Shown: positions 1 to 14,295, counted from the first letter of the whole stretch. The stretch: 63,912 nt of DNA, filler included, from Folioceros fuciformis (GCA_049999805.1; 14 parts of 14 records of this genome joined end to end with filler, not necessarily neighbours in it), one strand, 5' to 3'. Notes: generated from the sequence alone by a model not told the origin. A program made the numbers and translations.

Positions 1-476
1 GCCCCCCGCTCTCTGGCTCCTCCTCCTTCTCCTCCCGCTGCCTCATCGCGCCGGGACTCGGGCTCTTGGGAGCCTTTGCGCGAGCTGCCCTGGCCGTCTC
101 CCACTGACACTCGCTGCTCTTGCCAGGGTCCTTGTCGCCGCTCCAACCCGGCTGCGCATCCGCAGCTGGACGCCGCATTGTGACTTCTCTTGCTAAACGT
201 GATTTCCTTCAGCTTGCTTGTAGAAAGCTTGCCACCTCGGGCCGCAATTCGTCCAGCCCCGGGCCAGCTCCACGGCTTCGGGGATGTAGCTCTGCTGCTA
301 GGGTGTGCCTGCTGCGGACAGCGTTGTCTGGGGTCTCGTTTTTGGAATCGAATTTGCTTCTGGATTGGCACCCAACTCTTGTTCCGGTGGCAAACCGCTG
401 GGTATTCATCGCAATTGCGCACCTTATGCACCGGAAGTGGCCTTCCTCGAGCATGTTTTGAGCACGGCCGTACGCA

Positions 477-3400
477 ATGGCGTCCGATTCTTCGCGGCAG
501 AAGACGGCCAGACAGAACTGGGAGAAGCTGCTGGTTAAGGCTTTGAACGCCAGCGATACTCGCAGCGGTTGGGGCCGTTTACTGGGTCCCTCTCTCTATG
601 ATTCCACGCCAACACTACCGTCTGCGCTTGGTGACACCAGCATTGACGCAGTGCTAGCGGCGTCGAACGAGATCAAGCACGACAGTCCGGAAGTCGCTCG
701 TATTCGTAAGTCCGTCACTTGCAGGCTTGGCTGTGGAATTGAGTTTATTTTCCGGGGTAGGGGACAGCATGTCTCTTCGTCGCTACGTTTCTTAGCTGCC
801 AGTCCCTCTGTCGGGGCATTGCCGTCACCACTTCGCTCTCCTGTCCAATCTCTCCACATAGGTGTGGGGCAAACAATGCCGTGTGCGTTCTCTTTGTCGC
901 ACTTTGCAAACAGGGACCCTCAGTGCTGTGGTAGGCTGCTTGCTAAAGTCTTGACGGACACCGGACGAAGCTGCAAGTCATTGTTTTTACAACCGGATCT
1001 TTGCAATCCACTATCATACAACGGTCCGATGACGAACTGATTACTCTGTAGGCTAATTTTGTGGTGTTTGGCAGTCTGCGAGCATGCGTACAGATTGTCA
1101 CAGAAGTTGGATCCTCAGAGTCGAGGACGGGGAGTGTTGCAGTTCAAGACTGGCCTGCTGTCTATCATCCAGGTAGTGTCGTCCAATTTGAGCAGTTTGG
1201 GGGGAAAGGGTCTTCATGAGTGCTGTTGCCGGTGAATGCACTGCATTGTGATCCCGTTCAGCGTTTACCTAGGAGTGGCCTCCTTGTTTCTAACCAAGCG
1301 CGACTTGTGCATTTCGTCCAGCAAAAACATTCCAAGAAAGACGGAAAAATTATTGACCGTAGTAATGATGTTGCGCTCATCTTTGAGTTCTACAAGTTCT
1401 ACCGCAAAAAGCATAAGATTGACGAACTTGAGGAGGAAGATAAAGAATGGCGCCAGCATGGTGGTGAGGGAGATCTGGTGATTAAAGCGTAAGTCTTCCC
1501 TTAGAGACTTGTTTGCTGCTGTACATTTCCCTCCCGTGTATGAAATTCCGTTTGTTGGCAGCCAGTTTTTTAGTTTGTTCTGTGCTCTTTCCAGCCTCTT
1601 CTGGTCTTCTCATTCCTCTGGTGCTAGGCAATGAAAAGCTGGTATGATCGTCAGTTCCTGAACCATGCAGGGAAGACAGAAAGCGAGCAGCAAGCATACG
1701 GAAGGCATATGAGACTTCGAAAGTCCTGAACGAGGTTTTGGATGCTCTTATATCAGAAGCACCCCCCGAAGAAGTCGAGAGGCTATTCGGTGACCAGCAG
1801 GTGCGCCTTTGCTGTCATCCTCAGACGGATCAATGTTGCAAGAGTCCGTTTGCGTGATGGCTTACGGCCAGAGCTTTCTGCACAATCTTTCAGCTTAAAC
1901 GAGATCTCGAGAGGGATGCAGCGAAAATATCTGAGTTCAAGCCTTACAACATCATTCCGCTAGAAACCACTGGTGTTGCGGATCCTGTTATTCTGTTACC
2001 GGAGGTGACTTGTTCACTGGCCTTTTTGTGGCTATCAACTCATTGCCGTGCCCTGGTTTGATCTTGGGCCGTGAATGATGATTGGAGTCCTCGTTACAGA
2101 TCAAAGGAGCTCATTATGCGATTAAGCTTCAGAAAAACACTGAAATTCCTCTGCTTCCTGAAACATTTCCTCGCCCTAAGCAGAGGACCTTGGACATTTT
2201 CGACCTCCTCCAGTATGTATTCGGCTTTCAGGTGCTCCTGTAGTCCCTGTGTTACTTTCTCTATGACGTCTCGTTTTGTTTATGTGGTGTCCATCCAAAG
2301 TTGTTGATCATGATGATATGTCGACCGTACTGTTGGAAATCGCTTCGTCCTGAACTTCTCTCCTTCTTTCATGGCAGAAAGATAATGTGAACAACCAGCG
2401 GGAGCATGTGTTGCTCCTGCTGGCAAATGCTGAAGCTCGCCTCCGAATACCGGATGGGAAGGTGAATCTTTTTTATGTGACAGCTCAGTTCGATGTTCGA
2501 TCTGGGTGCAATCTTATAATTCCTTGATCGTTGCCCTGTATATGTGTTTTGATTTCAGGTGGATGAAATCAGCGATTCGCTTGATAACAAAGCGATCACG
2601 GGCTTGCATGATAAGGTTCTTGAAAACTACATGAAGTGGTGCTCCTATCTGAGGAAGGAGTCAGTGTGCAAAAGGTACGTGGAGTTGGCGATCCAAGACT
2701 TCTTGTGTGTGGTTCATGTCCTTTGTGCCTTGTAGTCCTTGTCATTAAGACCTGTTCGCTCTGGTTCACATTTCTGTAGGCTACAGACATTCTCAAGCTG
2801 TTGACCTTAACAGCTGCCGGCGGATTATTCTGCTTCTCATACGTTATATCCTTTGTGAATTTCAGGAATAATTCTGTATCAGTGCAGCTGCTTCTGGCGT
2901 CGCTGTACTTGCTAATTTGGGGTGAAGCCTCCAATGTTCGGTTTCTACCAGAGTGTATCTGTTACATATTTCATCATGTATGTCGGAAATTCCTTCGGAG
3001 CCGCTAAATGTGCTGTTTGTGGTGATGTCTTATACCAGCTTCTGTTTCCATCAAACAGTAGTTGTAGACATGAAGGACCGCCTGACATTGGTGTGCTTAA
3101 CGATGTGGTGAACTTTCACAGATGGCCTCGGAGATTCTGACACAGCTGAACAAGCCTGTGGCTGATCGTGGGAAAGGTGTTTCTGATAAAGACCATGAGT
3201 TCCTCGAGACGGTCATAAAGCCAATATATGATGTGATCGCCGCGGTGCGTGATCGGACCTCTCAACGTTGTAAATGCTCCAGTTTGGACGATCTTGGTTG
3301 TCATTATATTTAATAATTGCTGTGTGCCTTTGCTGTGTTAGGAAGCGAAGCACAGTGAGAGCAGCAAGAGCTACACTCACTCTAAATGGCGAACCTACGA

Positions 3401-6400
3401 TGATCTCAATGAGTACTTTTGGTATGTGTTTAAAGTCACTGGTCCATGCTGTTCTGAACATTCCGTAGGTTATTAGCGTAGACTGAGTTGTTCAGCACCG
3501 TCTGGAATTTTGCTATCTAGGTCGGATCACTGTTTTACCCTTGGGTGGCCATGGAATCTCGAGTCGTCATTTTTTATCAAGCCGGGCAACAAAACCCAAG
3601 TGGTGGTACTGTTCTTGGCCCTTTCACGATCTACTTGGGGTTTAAATTTTGCAGTAAAATCTTCTATGTATTTCTTGTTTCATTGACACACCTTGGGAAG
3701 CCAGGATGGTGATGTTGGACGACAAAGGAAGACAAGGATGGGCAAAACACTTTTTGTTGAACATCGTACAGTAGTGCACATCTACCATAGTTTCCATCGA
3801 CTATGGATGTTTTTCCTTATCTTTCTTCAGGTACTACGGACTGCCCAAATGTTGTGCTGCTGGCATCTCAAAATCTTGCTGCTAGTAATGTGTAATTTCA
3901 TGCGTTGCAGGGTCTGGCAATCTTTGCTTTTACTAGTGACGTGCAACTTTTACATCGCATCAAGATTCATCTAAGCTGTGGGCCGTCATATGCTGTTCTG
4001 AAATTCGTTCAGTGTAAGTGTGCCGGGGTGGCCTTGTTGCACAAGGTATTATTCAGTTTAGAGACAGTGAACACGGCCCTGTGCGACCGGGTCGATGTGG
4101 TTGAGGGCAATGTATCTGACAGCTACTGATCTTCAATTGGTCGTTTCTGGGTCTTCTGTTTCTTGATTTGCAGCTGTTTGTGATTTGTGCTTGATGTATG
4201 GAGCGTACACCAGCACTCGGGGGCAAAATGTTGCAAGAATCCTTGTCCGGTTTGTGTGGAATTCGGCAGCTTCTGCGTTTGTGGTCTACCTTTACGTGTG
4301 AGGCTCTCACTCTTAAGCCTTGCTGCCCGTGAGTTGTGAATGTTTCATGTGGAATATGTGAAACCCTGCTGCTTGATATTCGTGCCACATCTATTTGTAG
4401 AGCGAGTTTGTTCGAAGTGTTGAGGCTTAGGTTTTTAAGCTCTGCTGTCACAGGAAAGTCATGAAGGAACCAAATTTGGATCAAGGCTCGGCGCTGTTCT
4501 CCATATATCTTCTTGTTGTTGGAGTGTACATTGGATTTCAGCTCTTTGTTTTTACCATCTCCCGTATTTCTGCGCTGCGGATGCTAGCAGACAACTATGG
4601 AAGCTGGAGTATTATTCGCTTCATTAGTTGGGTACATCAGGTGGGCTGCGGGACATGTTTCTCTCTTTGACACTTGCGTTGCGCATCCGTTTTGGCTGTG
4701 CTGTTCTGTGCACTGTTTAAGTTTAAAGGTTTTGATGCTCTGGATCTTCAGGAGCGATATTACATTGGACGAGGCCTCTATGAACGGACACAAGACTTTG
4801 TATTGTATGTTCTGTCTTGTTTGAGTCCTTGTTGTTTTCAGTTGTGTGTCATGTAGAATTTGTTACACCTTACCCATTGTGTGCTGCATCAGGTACACTG
4901 TGTTCTGGGTGTTGATATTGGTGGCAAAGTTTTTTTTTAGCTACTATTTCCAAGTGAGTCTGATGTATGCGGAAGTGAATTCAATTTACCTTAGAGCACT
5001 CCATGCTGATTGTCTTTTGTTTGTGCTGGAACAGATAAAGCCTATGGTGGCTCCAACACTGCTCATTATCCAGAAGCAATCCATTCAATACAACTGGCAT
5101 GATTTTTTTTCTTCAAGTAGGTTCTTAGGTTTTGGCCCATATAGTTGGTTTTGGCTGGTTGTCCTTTCGTTGTGAGCAGTGCCTTCACATAATTTTTGTG
5201 TGTGGACAGGTAACCACAACGCTTTGACGTTGTTTTGGCTTTGGGCCCCAGTTGTTATGGTAAAGTAATCTGGATGCCAATAAGGATTTCTACTGCATGA
5301 ATTGTGGCACAAACATTGTTGAAGAGTATGGTACAGGCGAGCCATTCATGGTTTTGGTTGGTGTAGATATACTTCGTGGACACTCAAGTCTGGTACACAG
5401 TTTTCTCCGCTCTTTGGGGCGGCATTCATGGAGCTGTGCTTCGCCTTGGAGAGGTTGGTGCAATCATGGCTAGAATCTGCTGTATGTCGTCGCAACACGT
5501 CCTGTACGTGATTGGAGAAGTGATTTATCTATTCCAGATTCGTTCTTTGAGCATGTTACGAAAAAGGTTTTACTCTTTCCCGGAGGAATTTGTTGCAACC
5601 TTACTGCCCCCTGAAGTCAAGAAGTCCATGTGAGCGCTTCCAAGATTATTTTTTGTTTTCCTGGAACTTCATGTGATCTGTTTTGTACTTTGTGTCGGCT
5701 AATCCAGTAGTGAATATCATTCAAAGGCTGGACCTGTGTGGTGCAGGCACAGTGGAGTGATGGATGGTGGTCGTGGTAGCTCAGAGGTGCAGGAAAACCT
5801 TTTAGGGTCTAAATTCTGCTAGCTTCTAATGGCTTGGTTCTGGGTGGCAAATCTTACTACTCTCTGGAGTTGGTTTTGGATCCCATTATCCTGATCTAGC
5901 ATTTTCCTCGGTTGAACCTGAGCAGACAGAACGTGATCTGAAGAAGGTCCACGCAGCAAAGTTTGCTTTTCTTTGGAATGAGGTAGTGAGGAATCTCCGA
6001 GAGGAAGACTATATCAGCAACAGGTGCTTAACTTGCTCCTCTCTAGTTTCGCTGGCGTGATTCTGTGCGCTTTGGAAAGTTGATTTCTTCCGGGCAGTGG
6101 AGGAGGATGAATTGCTTTGTTGGCAGAGAGCGAGATTGGTTGATGATGCCCTCAAATGCTGCGAAATTGGCAGTCGTGCAATGGCCTCTCTTTCTCCTGG
6201 CTAATAAGGTGGGAACATGCTTCGTTGGGTTTAATGAGTTCTAGGTGTAAGTGGTTCATGGGAGTAATGCAAATTTGGGCTGGTTTCAGGTGCTTCTTGC
6301 TGTAGATTTGGCTGCAGAGCACAAGACTGCTCAGTGGGAACTGCATGAGAAGGTCTGGAAAGATAGCTACATGGGAACAGCTGTCTCGGAAGCTTACTTC

Positions 6401-9400
6401 ATTTTGCAGAGAATGCTGGAAAGACTAGTCGAAGACGAGGCAGCTGGATGGTGATTATTGAGGATTTCCTATTCTAGCATCGTTTCCCCCAAAAAAACCT
6501 CACATCTGGCTTTGTTTTCTCCAAAGGTTCCTTGCAAATCCGAATTGCGTTAAATGTCTGCAGGGTCTCGATGATTTTTCAAAACATTGAGGTTGCTATT
6601 GATGAGAATGCGTTGGTGAACTTACTTGCTCTGAAGAAGCTTAGCGGTCCTGGTGGTCTGGTTGCGAAACTTGTAGCTCTTACTGCGATACTGGTACGAG
6701 AAGTTAACATGTTATTACTCTGCTGGATCTAACATGTCCCATTGAAATGCTAGTTTATATTGATCGACCATGTGTTAAATCTTTGCTCAGGAAAAGGAGG
6801 TGAGTGATGAGCGGATCCTCAATGCGAGGACAGCCCTCCTGGATATTTATGAGGTGGTGATGAATGATGTGGCATCACTTGATCTCAGGTGGGATAGTCA
6901 CCTTCAAGACGCTTGTAGTCACTGGTTAACCAAGGTGTGAACTTGGATTCTTGGATGATCTGAGTACCTGAGCTGGTTGCAGGGAGAAGCTGGATACAGG
7001 TCGAAATAAAGAGCAGATCTTTACAAAACTGAACTGGCCTTCAAGCCCAGAAGAGGTTGCTCTGTGTTGAGAAGTGTTACTCCAGTGTTGTTGTGTGGAA
7101 GCCAAGACTTGACAAATTTCGCTTGGCTCTTATGGCAGTTGGAGGAAATTCGGAGACTCAATTTACTTCTGACTGCCAAGGACTCGGCATCTAACATACC
7201 CAAGAATTTAGAAGCTAGTCGCAGACTAGAGTTTTTCTCGAACTCCTTGTTCATGGAGATGCCTTTAACGCCGTCTGTTCGTCAGATGTTTTCTTTTAGG
7301 TGGGTTACTGTCCAAGTTTGGGAATGTATGTTTGGCTGTGTGATATGTTGCGCCCATTTTCTCTGAATGCTCGTCATGCAGTGTCTTTACACCCTACTAT
7401 GCCGAGGAAGTCATCTATGGGTACACTGCCTTGAACAAACCTAATGAAGATGGGATCACTGTGTTGTTCTACCTGCAGAAGATCTTTCCAGGTAAGTGGT
7501 GCTGGGATGGAAATGGTGCTCTCCAGTTGTGTCGTATAGTAGCCAAAACAAGTCTGTTTGTTCTGTATCTGTGAAGAGAACGTGATTGTTCGTCTGCAGA
7601 TGAGTGGAAAAACTATCTTGAGAGGGTATCCCGCACACAGAATCAGCTGGAAAGGGAGTTAGAGTGGCATTTGGAGAAGCTGAAAGATAAAAAGGATCAG
7701 AAAGACACGCCAGAGCTTCTTCAGCTTCGTCTTTGGGCTTCCTACAGGGGCCAAACGCTTGCCAGAACTGGTGAGTGCCTGTTTAGGCCTATATCTTGTT
7801 GTACATGTATCATAGTAGCTGTTGCTGTGATTTGGCCGTTGTTCATTTGCACTGACTGGAGTTACTCATGCGGGTTGATGTGTTCCAGTGCGTGGTATGA
7901 TGTATTACCGCAGTGCACTGATGCTTCAGACGCTTCTTGAGAGTTCAGGAGTACCAGGTTCGGGCTTGTCCTTCAGGGGTGTGGCTCTTCCAATTTCCGC
8001 TCTGCACAGGATCATGTCAATCACTGTGGCCTTGTTGGACAGATCTGGAAGCACAATCCTCCAGACACGTTTCTGCGTCTTTTATGACACCTGGAGTTTT
8101 GGGGCAAGCCATATCTGATATGAAATTCACCTACGTGGTTAGCTGCCAAATATACGGGGAGCAAAAGCAGAAACGGCTTCCCCAGGCTGCAGATATTGCT
8201 TATCTTCTTCAAGTGTAAGCCCGGTCGTTCATTTCACAACTTTGTTTGGGTTCTACTGTCACCTACTACTCATCCTGTTTGGTCGTGGGTGCACTTTCTA
8301 CCTACTCGTTGGGCTCTTCGGACTCACTAGTTTCCACCTCTTCGTTGGTCAGGCATGAAGGACTTAGAGTTGCATACATTGATGTAGTCGAGAAGCTTTC
8401 AGATGGAAAAATACACAGGGAGTACTTCTCGAAACTGGTTAAAGCAGATGCGACTGGTAAAGACCAGGTTAGTTTGTTGTTGACAGTCAATTGTTGAATT
8501 AGGCATGTTTTTTCTTGTGATCTTATCCTCTGTCCTCTTTTGTTAGGAGATATACTCCATCAAGCTTCCAGGACTGCCAAAACTCGGAGAGGGGAAGCCT
8601 GAAAATCAGAATCATGCGATTATTTTCACTCGGGGAGATGCCATCCAAACCATCGACATGAATCAGGTGTTTGTCTGTTATGAATAAGCTACGATTGTAT
8701 GTGACCGTAGCTAGCTGAAATACTCCGTGCTTATGTTTGACATGTGATTGGTGGTCATTTTGAAGGATAATTACTTTGAAGAAGCTTTCAAAATGCGGAA
8801 TCTTCTGCAGGAGTTTGATGTGAAGCATGGTCTACGCAAGCCATCAATTCTAGGTGTTCGTGAGCATGTCTTCACTGGAAGGTATTCCACTCTGTTGATC
8901 GTTTCGGACAACCCTTTTAAGAGGCCAGGGTCTGTGCGGTATGGCGCTGATCGTGGACATGTGGTTCTTGGGTTTAATTATATTGATGTCGCCTATCTGC
9001 AGTGTTTCTTCGCTGGCATGGTTTATGTCGAATCAGGAGACGAGTTTTGTCACACTCGGACAGCGAGTTTTGGCCACGCCGTTGAGGTGATCAGAAATAC
9101 AGATATTTATGCTCTAGTTTCCACTAGAGGTTGTTGTTCGTATTACTTTATGTTTCATCCTCTCAATCCCAACACAAACAACACTGCAGGGTTCGCATGC
9201 ACTATGGGCATCCTGATGTTTTCGACAGAATATTTCATATTACGAGGGGCGGCATAAGCAAGGCTTCTCGCGTCATTAATATTAGTGAAGACATCTATGC
9301 AGGTTATTTCAAACGTTCTATTTTTTGTTAGTAGAAAATGTTTTTGGTCGGATGTTGATTCATAGTGTTGGTCGTTTACGTGACAGGATTTAATTCCACT

Positions 9401-11865
9401 CTTCGGAGGGGAAATGTCACCCATCATGAATACATTCAGGTCCGTGTGTAGTTGACGCAGACGTCTTTTTTCACCTACTCACGGCTGACCTTAAAGATGT
9501 GCACATACTGCATTTTGCAGGTAGGTAAAGGCCGAGATGTTGGTTTGAATCAGATTGCTACCTTTGAGGCGAAGGTGGCCAGTGGGAATGGCGAACAAGT
9601 GTTAAGCAGGGATATCTATCGACTGGGGCAACTCTTTGATTTCTTTAGGATGTTGTCATTCTTCTACACGTCTGTTGGGTTTTACATTTGTACTCTGGTA
9701 GGGTCCTCCTCCTTGCTCGGTTTGCAAAGAGTTTTTTCTCCACTGTACGTCATCGTGTCCCTCTTGACGGGATAAAATGGCTTGTGTACAGATGACTGTT
9801 CTGACCGTTTACATTTTTCTGTACGGGAAAGCTTACCTGGTAAACTACGTATTCATGGAGTTCTTGCTCTGCCAGTCATGGACAGGGTAGTAATGAGACA
9901 GCTTATTTTGTTATTCGACATGTGTATGCGGTTGTAGGCCTTGTCTGGTGTTGGGAAAGCACTTGATGAGGATGTTACCAACAACACGGCTTTGCAAACT
10001 GCCCTTAATACGCAGTTTCTGTTCCAAATTGGTGTTTTCACTGCAGTCCCCATGATCATGGGGTTCATTTTGGAGCAGGGGGTGTTGAGGGTAAGCTTCT
10101 ATTTGTGTACTTATTCTGTTCGGGCAGTTTGAGTGGGTTCTTCTACTAAGTATTTCTCTGCTTACAGGCCGTCATCAGCTTTGTGACTATGCAGTTGCAA
10201 CTTTCGGCTGTGTTCTTCACATTTTCCCTTGGTACAAGAACTCATTATTTCGGTCGAACTATTCTTCACGGAGGTGCCAAGGCATGAGATTTCGATGACA
10301 GATCTAGTGTTTGGAGTATTGTTTTGTGGGTTTGTTAGAGGAGGGTGGTGACTTAACAGAAAATGGGGGATTTTGGTGTGGTGAACAGTACCGAGCCACA
10401 GGACGGGGTTTTGTGGTGCAACATATTGCTTTCGCCGAAAACTACAGACTGTATTCGCGAAGCCATTTCGTAAAAGGGTAACACAGTATCTAATGTGTGG
10501 TTCACATTTTCTTAATGTTTTTAGTGGAGAGCACTTGGCGACGCCCATCCACTTTTGCAGGTTGGAGGTCGCGATTCTTTTGATTGTTTATCTAACGTAC
10601 GGGAGTTCGAAGGGAACAGTGAGCTATGTCCTCCTCACTTTCAGCAGTTGGTTTCTGGCGCTGTCGTGGCTGTATGCCCCTTATATTTTCAACCCTTCAG
10701 GCTTTGAATGGCAAAAGTAAGGCTTCGCCGTTCGGTGGAGGTACCATTACGAGCTGGTGTTTTGGGCATCGCAGGGTTCTCATGTGTCTTTGTTCTTGGC
10801 AGGACCGTGGAAGACTTCGATAACTGGACCAACTGGATTTTCTACAAGGGGGGAATAGGAGTGAAAAGTGAAGAAAGTTGGGAGGCGTGGTGGGAGGAAG
10901 AGCAGGTTCGTGGGTTCAATCTCAAGCTTTGGCCTCTGCAAATCATAATTGAATGCTTTTTTCTTGGGACTAATCGGACCCTGTTATACAGTCACACATC
11001 ACTTCAACGTATGGAAGAATTTCGGAAGTGGTGCTCAGCTTGCGCTTTTTCATTTTCCAGTATGGCGTAGTGTATTCGCTGAGTGCTACGGGAACGGATA
11101 CTAACCTTGACGTAAGTTGCCGGGAGAAAAGGTGGGACTTAGTTGGGGGTCCTGTGTTAAAGACTGTTTGGTAATCCAGTGCGGCATGTTTGTGTTCTTC
11201 AGGTGTACGGATATTCGTGGGCGGTATTGATCGGGCTGCTCTTTGTGTTCAAGGTGAATGTGTTGTGCTATTAGAAGGAGGTTCTTGGTATCTTGGAAAC
11301 AACGGCGGCAGGGAATAAGTGGTCGTGCGCGTTTGCAGATGTTCACTCTGAGCCAGAAAGCATCAGCTAAATTTCAGCTGGTTGTGCGGTTGTATCAAGG
11401 CACATTATTCTTGGTATTGGTCACCGGCGTCGTTGCAACTATAGTGCAGACCGCGGTGTCCGTGGGTGATGTGTTTGCGAGCCTGCTGGCGCTGCTTCCC
11501 ACGGGATGGGGAATTCTTTGTGTAAGACGTTGCTGAGTTGTAGGAAGGGGGACGATGGGGCTTGTTTGCGGAGGGTCCGATGTGTCTAGAAGGTTATCCT
11601 GGGCTGACATGTTTAAGTGTGATGGTGGCAGATTGCCGTGGCTTTAAGACCATTGCTGGAAGGTACTGGTTTGTGGAAATCAGTGCGCGCGCTGGCCAGG
11701 TTTTACGACGCGCTCATGGGGATAACGATCTTTATTCCCATCGCAGTGTTATCCTGGTTCCCGTTCGTGTCCACGTTTCAAACCCGTCTGGTGTTCAACC
11801 AGGCTTTCAGCCGAGGTTTGGAGATATCTCTCATTTTAGCTGGGAACCGACCCAACCAGTTGTAG
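477..11865 (+). CDS. CALS: Callose synthase (1,3-beta-glucan synthase, GT48), GSL8/GSL10 (CalS10/CalS9) clade, about 51 exons, apparently complete
   Basis: ATG at 477 (MASDSSRQKTARQNWEKLL...IDAVLAASNEIKHDSPEVARI|LCEHAY...RGVLQFKTGL, the GSL8/10-type N-terminus). Spliced exons give LLIWGEASNVRFLPECICYIFHH, RTYDDLNEYFW, LEASRRLEFFSNSLFM, LRLWASYRGQTLART, GEGKPENQNHAIIFTRG, RMHYGHPDVFDRIFHITRGGISKAS and QVGKGRDVGLNQIATFEAKVASGNGEQ, ending FNQAFSRGLEISLILAGNRPNQL-TAG at 11865. The first intron is 706-1074; most others are about 75-150 bp. Confidence 0.97.
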
Positions 11866-12524
11866 AAGGTCCTTTAGCTAGGAAGCTGTAGGTGCAGAGC
11901 GATTCCCGGTAGGGTTCTGAAAGAGCTGCGTGCGGTCGAGTATATTTTTTGGTGGTGGAACGTGTAGCTCAAAGTTTTGGCCTAGTGGACATTTTGTAGC
12001 ATATGCGTTGAGGCTATTATGTCACGATATCAGGCTTTGTATCATGTGGCCTACTCGACGCTCTACTTTGTACTCTCGTCTGTGAAGAGGAAGGAAGGGT
12101 GGAGTTGTATGCAGCGACAGAAGTGTTGGCGAAGCCGGCTGCTCGCGTAGCAGCCCGCGATTGGCTAATGAAGCCATAGAGGATTGTGTTGGTATCGTGG
12201 AGACGTTGGAGGCACGAAGGTTGCAGACAACTGCGGAGGAAAAGTGCTGGTGAGGAGGTCCAGGTGGTGCGCATGCCTGACTTTGATGATGGGAAGGAAA
12301 GTACTGAGATGTGTAGTGTGCCGAGCCTGCGCTGGATGCGGGCGCAGACTAGTAGGTCAGAGGCGGCAATTAGCATCGGCAGTGGAGTTGGTGCTGACGC
12401 GCAATTGTGGAAAGGGTGGAGATGAACAACATCCGAATGATGAGCAAGGCGGCGGGTGGGCGAGCGGACAGGCAGGCAAACCGGCGGGATTGCTATCACG
12501 ATGTGCAAGTAGAATCGCATGGAC

Positions 12525-12624
12525 NNNNNNNNNNNNNNNNNNNNNNNNNNNNNNNNNNNNNNNNNNNNTTAATTAATTAANNNNNNNNNNNNNNNNNNNN
12601 NNNNNNNNNNNNNNNNNNNNNNNN
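12525..12624. other. Artificial contig linker (44 N + TTAATTAATTAA + 44 N), first of 13
   Basis: Identical 100-bp spacers with stops in all six frames at 12525, 14829, 20964, 23582, 27097, 29379, 32422, 44507, 46669, 55958, 58349, 60642 and 62800. Confidence 0.99.
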
Positions 12625-12625
12625 T

Positions 12626-14295
12626 GTGCATGAAGTAGTGAAGGGCACCAGGATCGACTGGGGAAGGATTTTATACACCTGGATGGATGAGGAGAGGCAG
12701 AACCTGATCCGACCCACCCCTTAACCTTCTATGATTTCCCCGTTTCTAATCCACGTGTATAGTTACGCTAACCTGGTCAGTGAGCTAGAAAGGCTGGCCT
12801 CGCTGCACCTGTGGAAGCCAGTTCATGATGTGAAGTGGAAGCCCGCTGAGCCAGCAAGGACTGCCTCCAGTAGTTGGGAAGCTGACAGTGGGAATAGAAG
12901 GCAGGAGGAAACCCCAGTCAAGCCCAGGAAGAGGGTGGCACCACAAAAGAAGGTTCCTGCCAGGAGGAAAGGATTAGAGGACAAAGTGTGAGCATGGGGG
13001 CTTATCAGGAGGAAGGGGGGACAGCCCTGGATCAGACAGGTCAGCAGGAGACAGAACGAGAACCAGCTGTCCAGGGAATCAAGATCCGAAGGTTGGAGGA
13101 GCAAGGTCAGGGTGGGACAAGACCCAAGGAGCCACCGGATCAGGTGATGGCAGCCGACATAGTTTTCTCCAGACAGGAGCATAAGTTAGGGCACGCTTTA
13201 GCACAGGAGGGTTCCTCAAGGTGGAAGGACATTTTCAGGTGCAGGCCTCAGAGAGACAGGTTGCAGGTGGGGGACCTGGACAAGTTGCGAGAATTCATGG
13301 GCAGACAAATCACGGCGAGAGGAATGGGCACCGAAGGGGTGCAGGAGGTGGACCTACCCGGGCTGACTGCTGCGATGGTGCAGGCCCAAGCAGACCTCCT
13401 GGATCAGGCTGCTAGGGCCCTGACCTGGTTAAGTGTACAAGCGGAGCGAGAGGCCGAGGCTTGGGGAAAGGAGGAGAAGGCTCGTGAGCAAGAGGCTGAA
13501 GCAAGGAAGGACCTGGCGGAGTCGGAGATGGCGCGGCAACTGCTGGAGAAGAAGCAGCGGGTCCTGGACAGGGAGAAGGCTGAAGCCGAGGAAGAGGCGC
13601 GCGAGGCGAGGGGAACGGTAGTTGAGGGGACTACCGGTAGTCTGGTAGTCCACGGGACTACCGGTAGTCGGGTAGCCGACGGGGCTACCGGTGGCCCAGC
13701 AAGGCCCAGGATAGCGGAAGAACCAACCCTGGAACCGAAGGAGGAAGCAGTTGGGGCGCCTACCCCTAGGCGCTCCAGGAGGGTGACCCGTACCAGGAGG
13801 ATAGAGCCGGAGGAGGCAACAGCTGGGCAGGCAAAGAACCTTCAGATACCCCAGCAGGAGGGGGAGCAAGCAACCCGAGGTAGCCCAAGGGAGGACGGGG
13901 TAAGCACCTCTGTTATGACAGAAGGTCGGATTGTGCTGCAGTATGAGGAGGAGGGCTCCTATGTGCCAGGCCTGTATGTAGAAGGGGCCAGAGTTCTGAA
14001 GCTGTTTCTGTATGTACGTATGGGCACAGGAGGGACGCGGGGCTACGTCCTACAGCTGAGGATGCGCCTGGGACTCTACCACTACAGATGGTGGGTGACA
14101 AGACTGCCCCACTGCTATGCGGAGGTAGTTTTGGAGGATCTGACGGAAGAGGAGGCCCAGCGCTGGGTAGAACGAGGGCCTGTGGCTGTCCTCAGCAACC
14201 AGAGAAGGAGGAGGGGTGGTGGACCACAGCTGCAGGACCCACCTGCGCCGCCAGCCAGGTCCAGCAGCAGCAACAGTGATGTGGAGATCCTCTAG
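12626..14295 (+). pseudogene. Degenerate transposon-associated ORF with a charged coiled-coil region, probably an accessory ORF of an LTR retrotransposon
   Basis: The frame from the contig start reads VKGTRIDWGRILYTWMDEERQNLIRPTP*PSMISPFLIHVY, resembling the IDWG...SPFLxHxY signature I associate with plant TE-borne ORFs. There is a stop at about 12722 and a frame change near 12990 into the intronless 435-aa E/R/A-rich ORF 12988-14295. No gag or pol domains on this contig. Confidence 0.4.
13617..13697 (+). repeat. 27-bp tandem repeat x3 with a 14-bp palindromic core (GACTACCGGTAGTC)
   Basis: Units ggtagttgaggggactaccggtagtct / ggtagtccacgggactaccggtagtcg / ggtagccgacggggctaccggtggccc, in frame as a 9-aa repeat (VVEGTTGSL-type). 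Confidence 0.85.

Noticed and set aside
12017-12520. 167-aa minus-strand ORF convergent on callose synthase
   Set aside because: No recognisable domain or splice pattern; probably UTR or intergenic.
12569-12580. Recurring palindromic TTAATTAATTAA as a biological repeat
   Set aside because: It is always centred in 88 N, so it is an artificial six-frame-stop linker. Gene clustering across linkers was therefore not interpreted.
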